From Octopus vulgaris (Eukaryota): DNA of 64,000 bases. The notes beneath the pieces are model-generated. The model worked only from the letters and a program-made list of their open reading frames with translations. It searched no databases and was not told the origin of the DNA. The translations under genes were made by a program, and so were the position numbers. The DNA lies in NCBI GenBank assembly GCA_951406725.2, contig OX597820.1, positions 113,770,001 to 113,834,000 on the forward strand, read 5' to 3'. Positions 51,461 to 63,935 of the stretch are shown here, in pieces (the first letter of the stretch is position 1; every line of letters starts with the position of its first letter).

Positions 51461-51526
51461 GTGAAATTTGAAGATGCTGTTGACAGCGTTGACCAATACA
51501 AAGGCTCCATGCAGCTTGTCAAACGG
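51461..51526 (+). CDS. Small phase-0 exon (VKFEDAVDSVDQYKGSMQLVKR)
   Basis: TTCTCTCTGCTACTTCAG| acceptor, CGG|GTACGT donor; 66 nt. Confidence 0.8.
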
Positions 51527-51811
51527 GTACGTAAATATACTATTGTATTTTATGCTGTTTTTGTTGATGATGATGATGATGACGATGACGACGATGACGA
51601 CGATGAGGTTCTTATTGTTCTAATGACTCGAAAGGTGTCCTATGTTATTATATCAATATCTATATACATAAAACAGTCAATTGAGAACATATAGAGAAGT
51701 ACAGAGATATATAGGTAAATATATGTAAAAAAAAATTAAGAAAAAATAAAGAAAAAACGAAAATGTTCACATCAATATACGTATTTTGTTATACGTTCGA
51801 AATTTCCCCAA

Positions 51812-51857
51812 GACACCTGATGAAGGCAGGAGGGTATATCAGCCGAAACGTTGTGTT
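51812..51857 (+). ncRNA. Minimal type I hammerhead ribozyme motif (Penelope-like type)
   Basis: Stem I GACAC/GTGTT; core CTGATGA(A); stem II GGC..GCC; GAAAC; palindromic AACGTT stem III; GUU cleavage triplet. Confidence 0.65.
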
Positions 51858-52001
51858 AACAACAAACAAGATGAGGACAAATACCCGTCAAATGTAAATA
51901 ATGTAAATAAAATAAATAGATAGATAGATAAAATTATACATACATATCTATCATATATGCATGTATATGTACAAATGGATATATATAAATATATATATAT
52001 G

Positions 52002-52086
<85 letters not shown>

Positions 52087-52107
52087 ATATGTGACAATTA
52101 TTCGGTA

Positions 52108-52177
52108 GCCAAGATAAAACTCTGAGTTTCGGATGTCGAGGTGGAAATCCGCACCACCATCTCTTCGGCTATCTGGC
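52108..52177 (-). ncRNA. Hammerhead-like motif (variant core CCGAAGA)
   Basis: Minus strand reads GCCAGATAG-CCGAAGA-GATG..CATC-C-GAAA-CTCAGAG-TT-TTATCTTGGC; stems I-III can all form. Confidence 0.5.
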
Positions 52178-52208
52178 CATCCTATATATATATATATATA
52201 TATATATT

Positions 52209-52339
52209 ATTTATTATATAGAAGGAGCTTCTACAGGACTAGAACTGTTTCATTCAAGAGAAATCATCAAGAGCTTCCTGATGATTTCTCTTGAATGAAA
52301 CAGATCTAGTCCTGTAGAAGCTCCTTCTATATAATAAAT
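52209..52339. repeat. Near-perfect fold-back hairpin (about 60-bp arms) containing CTGATGA..GAAAC..GTC
   Basis: TTATTATATAGAAGGAGCTTCTACAGGACTAGAACTGTTTCATTCAAGAGAAATCATCA is followed by its reverse complement with about 1 mismatch. Confidence 0.9.
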
Positions 52340-52405
52340 TAATTTTACTCTGCTATGTATTGAGTACCTTATTTACTGTGGTTAACCCCGAATCAACCCG
52401 GGACC

Positions 52406-52460
<55 letters not shown>

Positions 52461-52933
52461 ATATATATATATATATACATACATACATACATACATACAT
52501 ACATACATACATACATACATACATACATACATACACGTGAGTGTGAGTACATGTGTGCGTGCGTATGTATGTATATGTTCTGTCTACATATTGACGTAGA
52601 TCAACACACAGATATATATGTCCATTATACAATTATCAGTAACACACGCACGCAAACAAACCAAACATGTTTCTACAAACATACACTCGCAGAGAGAAAA
52701 ATACTTCTAGAATCTAGACCTACCACCAAACTAAACATATACAGCGGCATCCTATTGAACCATAACTATTGAATTTCCATCGTCCACAAAGTAAAAGCAA
52801 CCTCAAAACACCGGAAGTATCTTTCATTGGAAAATCTGTCACGCTGTCTACTTCCGCATAGGTTATAATACTCACTAAACGCAATAAATCTTCAATGGAA
52901 GCAAACTGGTTGCGCTATCTTTATATATGTGTG

Positions 52934-52969
<36 letters not shown>

Positions 52970-53151
52970 AACGTATGCATATATATATGTGCATATACGT
53001 ACATGTTTATGTCCCTATGTATATGAACATGTGTGTGTGTGTGTTTGGATGTGTGATTAAAAATTTCGCTTCACATTAATATGGTTTGAAGTTCAATCCC
53101 ACTGCAGGGCACCTAGATAAAGACAGAGTGAGAGAATGAGTGTGAGAGCGG

Positions 53152-53183
<32 letters not shown>

Positions 53184-53195
53184 GAGGAGCGGGCC

Positions 53196-53521
<326 letters not shown>

Positions 53522-53830
53522 GAGTTAGCAACAGGGAAACATGTACAGAAGCCTCTGTTTGCGTTAACCTCCATATTTTCCGAACAGATAAAAATATTTC
53601 CACTAAATGAACAACAGGCTTTTTTTTTCCTACTCAATGTTCTTTCAAACGTGCAGAACCCGTTTTATGTAACACAGTCGTTCTAAAAATAAACAACTTT
53701 GACGGATATTTTTACTATTCCTGCGATAAGTGTAGATTTAGAGATTGGAATTTAGTTTGTATTTTTATTTGTTTTTGTTTTTGCTGACGTCTGCTGTTTG
53801 TCACGTAAAATAGAAAGAAGTTTCCAGGTA

Positions 53831-53917
<87 letters not shown>

Positions 53918-53999
53918 CACAAATGAAAGACAGAAGATGGAATATAGGAGAATTTATTATTAATCACAATTTTCTCAACACATCTAACATATATATCTT

Positions 54000-54190
54000 T
54001 TATCTTTCATTTGTCTTTCATCTGTTTCGGTCCTTAATATGCGGCCATGCTGGGGCACCATCTTGAAAAAATGGAGTCGAACAAGTCGACCTCAGTACTT
54101 ACTTTTTTAAAGCCTGGTGCTTATTCAGTCGCTCGCTCTTGCCGAACCGCTATGTTACGGAGATATAAGCACACTGATAGCGGTGGCGGA
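54000..54190 (-). mobile_element. SINE family C 3' half
   Basis: GCGGCCATGCTGGGGCACC..GTCGACCTCAGTACTT..TTGCCGAACCGCTA is the reverse complement of the family C tail. Confidence 0.65.
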
Positions 54191-54267
54191 GAACAAACAG
54201 ACTCAAAGACACACATACATATATGTATGTATACATATAGACACATATACATACATACAAACATATA

Positions 54268-54326
<59 letters not shown>

Positions 54327-54331
<5 letters not shown>

Positions 54332-54373
54332 TATATTCTATATATTCCATACATATGTAAATATATATATATG

Positions 54374-54468
<95 letters not shown>

Positions 54469-54502
54469 TTACATATGTATGGAATATATAGAATATAAAG
54501 GG
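54327..54502. repeat. Inverted repeat arms enclosing a (TA)n tract (about 175-bp palindrome)
   Basis: CCCTTTATATTCTATATATTCCATACATATGTAAAT pairs with ATTTACATATGTATGGAATATATAGAATATAAAGGG. Confidence 0.85.
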
Positions 54503-54579
54503 GAAATATATAGAATATAAAAAATCGGGAGGTATGAGATGAATATATTCATTTCACCAGTTGACATCCTATGGATATC

Positions 54580-54669
<90 letters not shown>

Positions 54670-55533
54670 TCTTCCTTGACTCTCTCGTTGCTCACATGTG
54701 ACCAACGGCTGTCTATCTTTCTTTCTTCCACTACCTTCCTAAAGACAAGACGTGTTTTTGCCTGTCTTTTCTCAAAGCTCGTTTTCCCAGTGTTCACCAA
54801 TTCACCTCGTCATGGCTTCACAGCCCTCACCGTTTATAGTTACTGTTTTGTTCTTACTGTGCTGTTTTTGTTACCACTTTAACCCTCCGCAAAAAATCCC
54901 AAATTTTATTTAATTTACTTTGCAGGAAGGACTGTTTTAACGAAGTCGCTTCTTGTCCCTACCTTCGATAAGCGGGGTAGATAAAACAGAGGACAACTGA
55001 TGAAAGGAATTTTATTTTCTCATTTTGTTCATGTTTTTTTGACGTCCTGTACCCATGTATGCATGTATATATACATATACATTCAGGCATGTACATGCAT
55101 GTGTGTATATATGCATATATATATTATTTTATTATATATATATATAAAACATGTGTAGTAGATATATATAAACTATGTAGCAGATATGTAATCAGGGCTC
55201 AAATTGAGCTACTTATCCGAACATTGAAAAAAGGGATGAACAGCTTTAATTAATTTTCGAACCTTATTGTGTTCTCTTTAATGGGTCTGCATCAATTTGA
55301 CCAGTCATGAGAAACGAGCAGCCGATCTGTTTATTTAATCAATAGTTCCAGTAGCTACACAGAACTGGAGCTACATTGATTCCACAGCGCTGCATTTCGG
55401 ACAAGCTCCCTTTTACTTTCGCTTCGATTCGATCTAATCTTTCTGAGTTAAAATGGGTAGACAAAAGCTGAATGAAAGTCCATTGAATGCATTAAGTCTA
55501 CAATTCTAAGAGTTAGCATTTGTAACTGTGTCA

Positions 55534-55676
55534 CGCTAGTTCTACATGAGGACAAAGCTTTACGGGTACACGTATCTGTGCCGTGCTCAGCCAATTCACT
55601 TACTGAGTCAATGAGTAGGTGTCTCAACTGGCTGGAACCTAGAATATTCGTTTACTTACTGGAATGTAACAGAGAA
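55534..55676. repeat. Right arm of the 143-bp inverted repeat
   Basis: See 50562-50704. Confidence 0.9.
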
Positions 55677-55956
55677 ACTCTGTGTATGTATGCATTTGTA
55701 CGTGAAGGTTACAGTCTATGTGCACACGTATATGGTAAATTGTATATAACAGTCAGAGAAGGGTAACCAAAGTGAGTAAATGTATATGTCTGTATGTGTG
55801 TGTGTATGAACAAAAAGCAGTGCGTTTCTGTGAGTCTGCGTGTGTATGTGCATCAACCTATCCACACGCATCGTTTCAAGCAGAATAATAATAGAATTCT
55901 CAGTGATGCAGTTAAATGTAGAATTTGGTTATTAAACTCATATATACATACATACA

Positions 55957-56014
<58 letters not shown>

Positions 56015-56119
56015 TGTATGTATGTATATATATATATATTCACACATAGATGTGTGTGCATATATGTAAGTATGTATTTATATACATGGATGTATGGATG
56101 TGTGTGTATTCACACAAAC

Positions 56120-56197
<78 letters not shown>

Positions 56198-56599
56198 CTA
56201 AAAGAAAAAAACTGACATTAACCATCGTTAATGGGACTTTTCAGTTCATTAATTACGTATGTATACTTGAAATATATATATATATATATAATAAACACGT
56301 ATACAGCTTGAAATATACATACGCATGTACGCAGCCATTCATACAGATACACATAATGCACGCAGATGCAAATACGTTCATTGCTGTTGGGCATGCGCAC
56401 ACTCATGCGCAAACACATATACATATACGTACAGCTTTATTGTTATATATGCAAATACATACATGTAAGTACGCAACTTTAGTGCTAGACATATGCACAC
56501 AGACGGCTCTGCAATATGCATTCATACACACACGTACACATACATACACATACTCTCACATAACATATATATTCACATAACATACATATTTACACAGAG

Positions 56600-57870
56600 A
56601 GAGAGTTTTGACGTTAGACATAAAATAAGCGGATTTCCGTCGGTGCTCGAGAAACTGAATTCCTGACTCATTGAATTTCCGTGTATGCAGCTGAGTATCC
56701 CAGAAGTAGAAGTCCCTTAACGTGACACTCAAGTGGGATCAGCATGACATAATGTGACAAGGCAGGACCTTCGAATTACGAGCATAATCCATTCAACGGT
56801 CTTCCGCGGTTTCCACAGCGTACTTCGCGAGACTCCAAAACGCCCTCTCAACGACTCCTACCAACTTCTCGTCTCAACCAACACGCTACTCTTTATAGTC
56901 CATTCTTCCAATCCTCCAGGGGTGTCAATGACTCTCGCCACAACATCTCTCCCTTTGAGATCGACTCTCGTTGGAAGTTAATATTATTATTTCTATTTAT
57001 TTATTTTTCTTTCATCACATCTCCCTTTTTGAGATTTTCCTCCAAGGGAAGTTTAATATTTAGGCACTACTTCCAACCGTTCTGTTTGTCACCTCTTTCT
57101 TGTACTGCTACGCCTAAGTTCAATTTCTTGTGGGTTGGACATCGAAGGTGTCATAAAAAACCTCCATGGGTATCTCTTTTCTTTTTTCTGCATATCTATT
57201 TTTTAGTTGGTTTAAATGTCTTTTGTGTTCCCATTTTCTGCCCCTTATCATATATATCATTTTGCCTATTCTTTTTGCTACTACTCCATCTTCCCAACCT
57301 TGTCTTCCATTTTTATATATTTTGAAAACACCTTGTCACCTATATCAAAATACTTTGTCGCATTTTTAGTGTCTTCCCTATATATTTTCCTTACTGGTAA
57401 CAGCTTGTCGAAAATTGACTTTATTTTTCGAGCAAACATTAGTTCGGCAGGCGATTTGCTTGAAAAAGTGTTTGGGTTTGATGTTATCCTATAAACCCTC
57501 AAGAATTGTGTCAATGACACGTCATCGACTAACTTGTTTCTTGGTTTCTTTAATACTCTTTTAAATGCATTCACGAACCTTTCTGCTTATCTGTTTGATC
57601 TTGGGTGATACGGAGGAATAGTGATATGTTCAATTGAATACATCTTGCAAAAATTCATAAATTCATTCGCCGTGAATTGTGTACCGTTATCGGAGACTAT
57701 GGTATCCAGGACACCATACCTAACGAAAAGTTCGTGTAGAAGTTCCACTGTTACCGTGGATGTCGGTTTTCTACATTTACACGTTTCTGGTTATTTTGAA
57801 AAACTATCTACCACTATTAGATAATATGATCAGTTTAACAGTCTTGTTTTGTGTTGTCTGGACCATGAAA
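56600..57870 (-). mobile_element. Ty3/Gypsy LTR retrotransposon relic (integrase core, PPT, 3' LTR)
   Basis: Minus translation YLIVVDSFSK*PE...LFVRYGVLDTIVSDNGTQF...PPYHPRSNR*AERFVNAFKR...SPAELMFAR is an rve integrase with stops. Purine tracts followed by TGT at 57019 and 56945. Confidence 0.85.
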
Positions 57871-58064
57871 TATCGGTATAGGTTGGTAGGTAGGTAGGTA
57901 GGTAGGTAGGTAGGTAAGTACTACGTACGTACGTACGTAGATGAGAGCGAGGAATGTATATATATATAAATGTGTATGTCCATATGCACACATACACAGA
58001 AGCACGTATTGCCATGGTTTTTATCAAGTTTCACTTATCCGTATCATTGCTTCTATTTCTACAG

Positions 58065-58130
58065 GAAGCCAGTGAAGAGGAAAAGAAAAAGAAAAACCGA
58101 CTCACAAACCTTCTGGATGTCATCAACAAA
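58065..58130 (+). CDS. Small phase-0 exon (EASEEEKKKKNRLTNLLDVINK)
   Basis: CTTCTATTTCTACAG| acceptor, AAA|GTAAGT donor; 66 nt. Confidence 0.8.
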
Positions 58131-58469
58131 GTAAGTTAACCTCTCATCTTGGCACGCTTTATCCCTCGATACATTTATCGGTTTATTGCTTTATATCGAA
58201 CTTTGGAGAAAATTGCGTCATTGGTTATAGATTTCGAGTGGCCAGTCACTGGTTCACTGCATTTGCGTCGGCGATGGTGACAAGGGGAGTGTTTGTAATT
58301 TGCTGCCGAGCAAATATCACAAGACTCTTTTCTCGAAACGCATTTATTTTTACTGTTTTTTTTTTCTGTTGAATAACTTTTATCCGTCACCGACATACAT
58401 CACGCACACATACACAAGCATATACATATACATATATATGTATGTATGTATGTATGTACGAATGTATGT

Positions 58470-59725
58470 AATTATTCAGTTTATTTCAAGATTTCTTGCC
58501 AATAGAGAAAGAACTGGTTTCTAACCTAGATCCAAGGCGCTTTCACTGGAATTTCAACATCAACAACAGGGTATTTTTGTTTGTTTATTTGTGTGTATGT
58601 ATGTATGTATGTATGTATGTATGTATGTATGTATGTATGTCTGAGCAGATTTTCATGTTTTATGTATATATTCTCATGCATATAGTTGCATATCTAGACA
58701 TGCTCATATATATTTAAATGTTAAACTTCTGGAAAGTTTTACCGATTTTTACAGTTCCAGTGATGGATTGGATCAGTAGTCTTCGAATTAGCTTTCTCCT
58801 TTCTGATTTTGAGAGGCCTAATTTCTCAAGATTCGTATTTAGGCAGTGTGTTACATATCCCAGGGCCCCAAAAATTACAGATATAAATCTGAACTTGTAA
58901 TCTGGATAGAGAGAGTAACTTCAGATTTCTCAATAGTTCAGCATAGGTGTTCTCTTTTTCACTGATCTTCAGCTTTATGTTAGCATCTGTTGGGCAGCTA
59001 ATTTCCACAGCTGTACACAGTTTCTTTTCTCTATCCCAAATCATTATATCAGGTCTGTTGAGCTTACATTTCACTGAGGTCTTCACTGGGACATTCCACC
59101 AGTATTTTATTATGAGTGGCTATGGCTTCTACCATATTGTAAGTTATTTCTTTGTCTTCGAGATTATCCTTCCGACGGATTGCATTATAGAATGTCCTAG
59201 CTACAGCATCATGTATCATCAGTAGATAATAACATTTTCGGATAACTGCTTATGATGTGGGTGATATCTTCAGTGTGAACTCTACAAAGTCTGCATCAGT
59301 TGTCACATTTTATGGCTTTTCCTGCATCTCTATCTCTTTTGTGCATCAGGTAATTGGTTGTTACTCTCATCTCGGAGCTTTCTACTAAAATATCCAAGCA
59401 TAGTCTTCTGCTCATATAGGCTCATTCTTTCATCTGATGATACGTTGCGGCAGAGTCGTGCAACTTCTTTGGGCATGTATTCTAGGTTATCAGACAAAGA
59501 ATGTTGCTCAAGGGACTGCCTTCCAAGTCTTATGATGTTATCAGTCTCATGTATGCAAACTTGGTCAAGGGATGCACTTCGACACTTGGTGGTTAAAACA
59601 TGTTGCCAGAGGGATATGATGCGACATTCAAAAGCATTTTGGATCGATGTTAAGCCTCTGCCGCCTTGTTTTCGTTTTAGGTAGAGGCGGTCTAAATCAC
59701 TGTTTATGTGGAAATTATGTGTGCT
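58470..59725 (-). mobile_element. 5'-truncated RLE-type non-LTR retrotransposon relic (R4/Dong-like)
   Basis: Minus-strand motifs RLYLKRKQGGRGL, the zinc knuckle CRLC..EDITHII and the restriction-like endonuclease NRPDIMIWD..VEISCP..EKENTY..L; stops and frameshifts present. Confidence 0.8.
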
Positions 59726-59735
59726 TGTCGATACA

Positions 59736-59995
59736 ATCGACTTAATCCCTTTGTCTGGCCTTGTTTGTCCTCTCTGTGTTTAGCCCCTTGTGGGTAGTAA
59801 AGAAATAGGTATTTCGTCTGCCGTTACGTTCTGAGTTCAAATTTTGCCGAGGTCGACTTTGCATTTCATCCTTTCGGTGTCGATTAAATAAGTACCAGTT
59901 ATGCACTGGGGTCGATATAATCGACTTCATCCGTTTGTCTGTCCTTGTTTGTCCTCTCTGTGTTTAGCCCCTTGTGGGTAGTAAAGAAATAGGTA
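59736..59995 (+). mobile_element. SINE family D segment bracketed by about 76-bp direct repeats
   Basis: AATCGACTT..TCC..TTGTTTGTCCTCTCTGTGTTTAGCCCCTTGTGGGTAGTAAAGAAATAGGTA at 59736-59811 and 59919-59995. Confidence 0.7.
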
Positions 59996-61462
59996 AGATA
60001 TGAGCTGAGAGGAATTTGCTATTTCTAGCACGTCGAATGATCACATAGAGTGAATGAGGGGGGTGTATCATGTTTAGTGCCATAGAATTGCAAGTGCACA
60101 AAGACCTGTTTGAGTGCAGACATACTGGGAAAAAATAATACATCTTTAATTCCTGATTATGCAAATTTAACTAAACTTATTTTCTATTTTTATCTCAATG
60201 ATTAAACAGTTTTATTTTCTCGCGTGGATCTTCGGAAACTTCGTTATCGGTCGATTTCGAATTAAGTGCAAATGAAATTTCTCCTGCGAATGAGGCCTTC
60301 CCCTCCCTTGGCTTTAAGGGCCCTTCTTGGCTCGGGCTTCACTAAATTGATTTACTACAAATACAAATACACTGCGTGAAGAAGTCATTAGTGGGGTCAT
60401 CTCAAGCCAATGAGACAAGAGACTCCCCACTTTTCATATAAGAGTGCAGTACTATAGAACGGATATAAATTTCATGCACTTACAGACTCGTTTTTCACAT
60501 TTTTAAAGTTTTCTTTGGAGTGCGAAGGATCAAATATTATCTTGCTTTCGTGAAACGAAAATAATGACCACTAAACCTAAACTATATAAGAAAGTGCAAT
60601 ATTTAACTAAGTGCAAAACATACAAAACTCTTAAAGACCATAATGTAAACTTGGCCATAAACCTCAAATATAGGTATATAAATTCCGCTGGTAGTAAGCT
60701 AGGGCAGATAGGCGGCAGATAGGCAAACACACTATCGTGCATAAACATAATTAGAAATGCTACTAGACCATGATAAGGAAACAAAACAACCTCAGTAGTT
60801 TGAGCCACGGGGTGACCCCAAAATAGGTATACATTTTTCAATTTAAAAGAAAATAAATAATGGATAGAATATAAATAAAAATACATTCAAAAATGTAATG
60901 TACATTCGAGTCTAATCCTAGCCGACAATAATTTCTAAGCCTCTTCTCACCAAGGCTCTGAATATTGAGATAGTAGCAATAGTGATGCTAATATAATCAT
61001 GCACGTCAGGAATTCGCTCGTCTTTGACTGAGATTCCTCACGAATGATCCATTTGATGTTGCAATGGGTTGCTTCCATGCAACAGAATTCTGAGATTAAA
61101 TTGGATTATTCATACTAAATAAGCTTAAATCGTTCCTTTTCAGGTTTATGTAGGAAGTCTTTTGTCATAAGTCCAAGGTCAGTCCTGATCGAGTAAACTT
61201 ATGATCAAAGACGTTTCCGACATCACCATTGCGTAGCACTACATTATTTAATGCGCTTATTTTTCTCTATTTAATACTGAAGGAGATTCGATTGCAGTTT
61301 TTAACAGATCAAACTACCAGAGATTCTCTCCTTAACTCCTAGTGCAGTATATGTAGGACGATTATTGTAGGACGATTTTGTAGACTCATCGCATTGTATA
61401 GCGCAGAAGGATTATGTAATGTTGTTGTTGGTGTTGCTGCTGCTGTTGTTGTTGCTGTTGCT

Positions 61463-61832
61463 GTTGAGTGAACGGTCTTCATCCCAGAGCTCGCAAGATG
61501 GGAGAAGTCCGAAACGTGGTCCTTTGCTATTCGTAAGACTCGCAGAAGAGAAAGCAGGTCAACCCCTGACACCGAGAGCATCGACGGATGGATGAATGCG
61601 CATCCAGGCTCAGCGGTTGCGTAGGAAGTCGGGGACAAGAAACAGGAAGAAGGAGTGAGAGAAAAGTTGGGGCGAAAGAGTACAACAGGGGTCGCCACCA
61701 CCCCCTGCCGGAGCCTCGTGGAGCTTTAGGTGCTTTCGCTCAATAAACACACAGAACGCCTGGTCTGGGAATCGAAACCGCGATCCTCCGACCGCGAGTC
61801 CGCTGCCCTAACCACTGGGCCATTGCGCCTCC
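61463..61832 (-). mobile_element. SINE family A copy
   Basis: Near-identical to the 14566 and 22448 copies. Confidence 0.88.
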
Positions 61833-62313
61833 ACTGTTGTTGTTATCGTTGTCGTTGTTGTTTAGCTTAAGGCTAATCCTGATCAAACAAAGCTATGATC
61901 AAAGTCAATGCAGTCATGACCTTCCCATATTTGGGGAGTTCTACAACTACACTAATTATTAGTCTGTCTTTGTCTTATTTGAGGCGAGGCTTCGTAAAAT
62001 TCAAGAAAGCCTTTATTTGCCATTTCTAGCACCGTTGCGCGACTGTAGAAGTTCTGTTGATGCTTGATATCAGATATTTCGGCAAAATCTTTCGAAAAAT
62101 TCCAAGTGTCAACAGTCTTTTTTGCCAATAGGGGGCGTAGTGTGTAGAGTTGTCATGAGCAAACTGCGGCCTGATGTAAAGAGTAACATACAGCCTACCA
62201 GGTGTAGAGTACTTTTTCCTCAATTATAATAATTTTAACACCTTTTTTCCCCCTTTTTTCCCTCTTTTCCTCTATCTCTTTTGTTTTCCCTTCATTTCTT
62301 TTCCTTTCTGCAG

Positions 62314-62322
62314 AAGGATTAA
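62314..62322 (+). CDS. Candidate terminal exon coding part (KD*)
   Basis: About 70-nt polypyrimidine tract ending CTGCAG|, then AAG GAT TAA in phase 0. Confidence 0.45.
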   Translation, partial: KD

Positions 62323-62600
62323 CGTCAGAGCATTCGATATTCATCTGACATGTTAGACTATTGCCGCGTTCATCTTACTTTGATCTTTCCGTGTTGTTCT
62401 TTAAGTTGCTTTTTTGGGAGCTTTTGATTTTTGTATATATGTGCGTGTGTGTTTATATAATTAATAACTTTCAGTTTAAGATCCTATATATTTGTGTGTG
62501 TGTGTGCGCGCGCGCGTTTGTATGTATTGCATAATGTGCAATATGATGTTTATATGCGTAAGCGTGTGTGTGTGTATGTATGTGTGTATATATATATATG

Positions 62601-62645
<45 letters not shown>

Positions 62646-62973
62646 TTATTTATTTATTTATGTATATATGTATGTATGTATTTATATATATACATACATA
62701 CATGCATACATACATACATACATACATACATACATACATACATACATACATACATACATACGTACGTACGTACGTACGTACACACACTGCAGTACCAGGC
62801 AGTGGTTCTCATAGCTTCTGATCTTAACTGATTGGAAGTGTTATTATATGTACATGGTTTTGTCTTGGTATAAAAGATGGGCTACGGCAAATATTTTTAT
62901 GTGTGTGTGTATATATATATATATATACACACACATACATACATACATACATACATGTGTGTGTGTGTGTGTG

Positions 62974-63050
<77 letters not shown>

Positions 63051-63129
63051 TGGCTGCCCCCTCGTTATCGAGTATGTCCATTGCACGAAGCTTAATCAAT
63101 GTTGTTATCGTGCAATGCCTGTGTAAGAA

Positions 63130-63602
63130 GATTTTTTTTTAAAGTGAGGAAAGGCTGTGCACTGAGTCAATCCCACTCACTAAGCAACAGCAGCCATAAT
63201 CCGAAAAGAAGAACAAGTCAACATCATCGGTAACCACTGAGCCGCAGATCTTATGTCGGAGTTATCCCAGTTACCTGAGTTACCTTCTCCTAGAAGGATG
63301 CCCTAACAAAGGCTAGGAGTCCTTCACTCCCAATGGTTTAACCGCGCGATCGGGTATTCAGTCCGATTATTTCTATGTCCCCGCGCATGATACAGCCTTA
63401 AGACATTTATTGGATGGCCATTGACTCTCAAGAGTTCCTCCGCCCTTTGACGGGTTTTGTTTTTCATCCCACAGGGTGTCCAATAAACACCCTCCTCACC
63501 AAGCAAGCTTGGTGGGGTTTCCGGTTTAGTGGCCGACGACCCAACCATGCAACAGGTTGTACTGGGTTACATGTTAGCAGTAGCACTCGAAAGTGACCTG
63601 AC
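63130..63602 (-). mobile_element. Possible LINE (RTE-like) 5' UTR fragment
   Basis: GC-richer unique block between microsatellites. Minus strand TTAGGGCATCCTTCTAGGAGAAGGTAACTC resembles RTE 5' regions as I recall them; not verified. Confidence 0.3.
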
Positions 63603-63649
63603 ATACATATATACATACACACACACACATACATACATACATACATACA

Positions 63650-63685
<36 letters not shown>

Positions 63686-63692
63686 TACACAC

Positions 63693-63746
<54 letters not shown>

Positions 63747-63747
63747 G

Positions 63748-63778
<31 letters not shown>

Positions 63779-63779
63779 T

Positions 63780-63935
63780 TCTCTCCTTGTTTTTTTTTTC
63801 TGTGTCCCTTTCTGTAGAAGAGCGTAGGCTCGAAACGTAAAAGACTTTTTCTATTCCTGAGTGTTATACTAATACATCTGTTTGTTTTGTACACCACCTG
63901 TCTTTGTCTTTTGTGTTTTTTTCGTAAACTCTCAC
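63780..63935 (+). mobile_element. Short TA-embedded repeat with hammerhead-like core (CTGTAGA variant) at 63804-63845
   Basis: CTTT-CTGTAGA-A-GAGC-GTAG-GCTC-GAAAC-GTA-AAAG; second copy at 20360-20540. Confidence 0.7.

Noticed and set aside
60806-61100. Possible mariner TIR remnant (CACGGGGTGACCCCAAAA)
   Set aside because: No partner TIR or recognisable transposase motif found.
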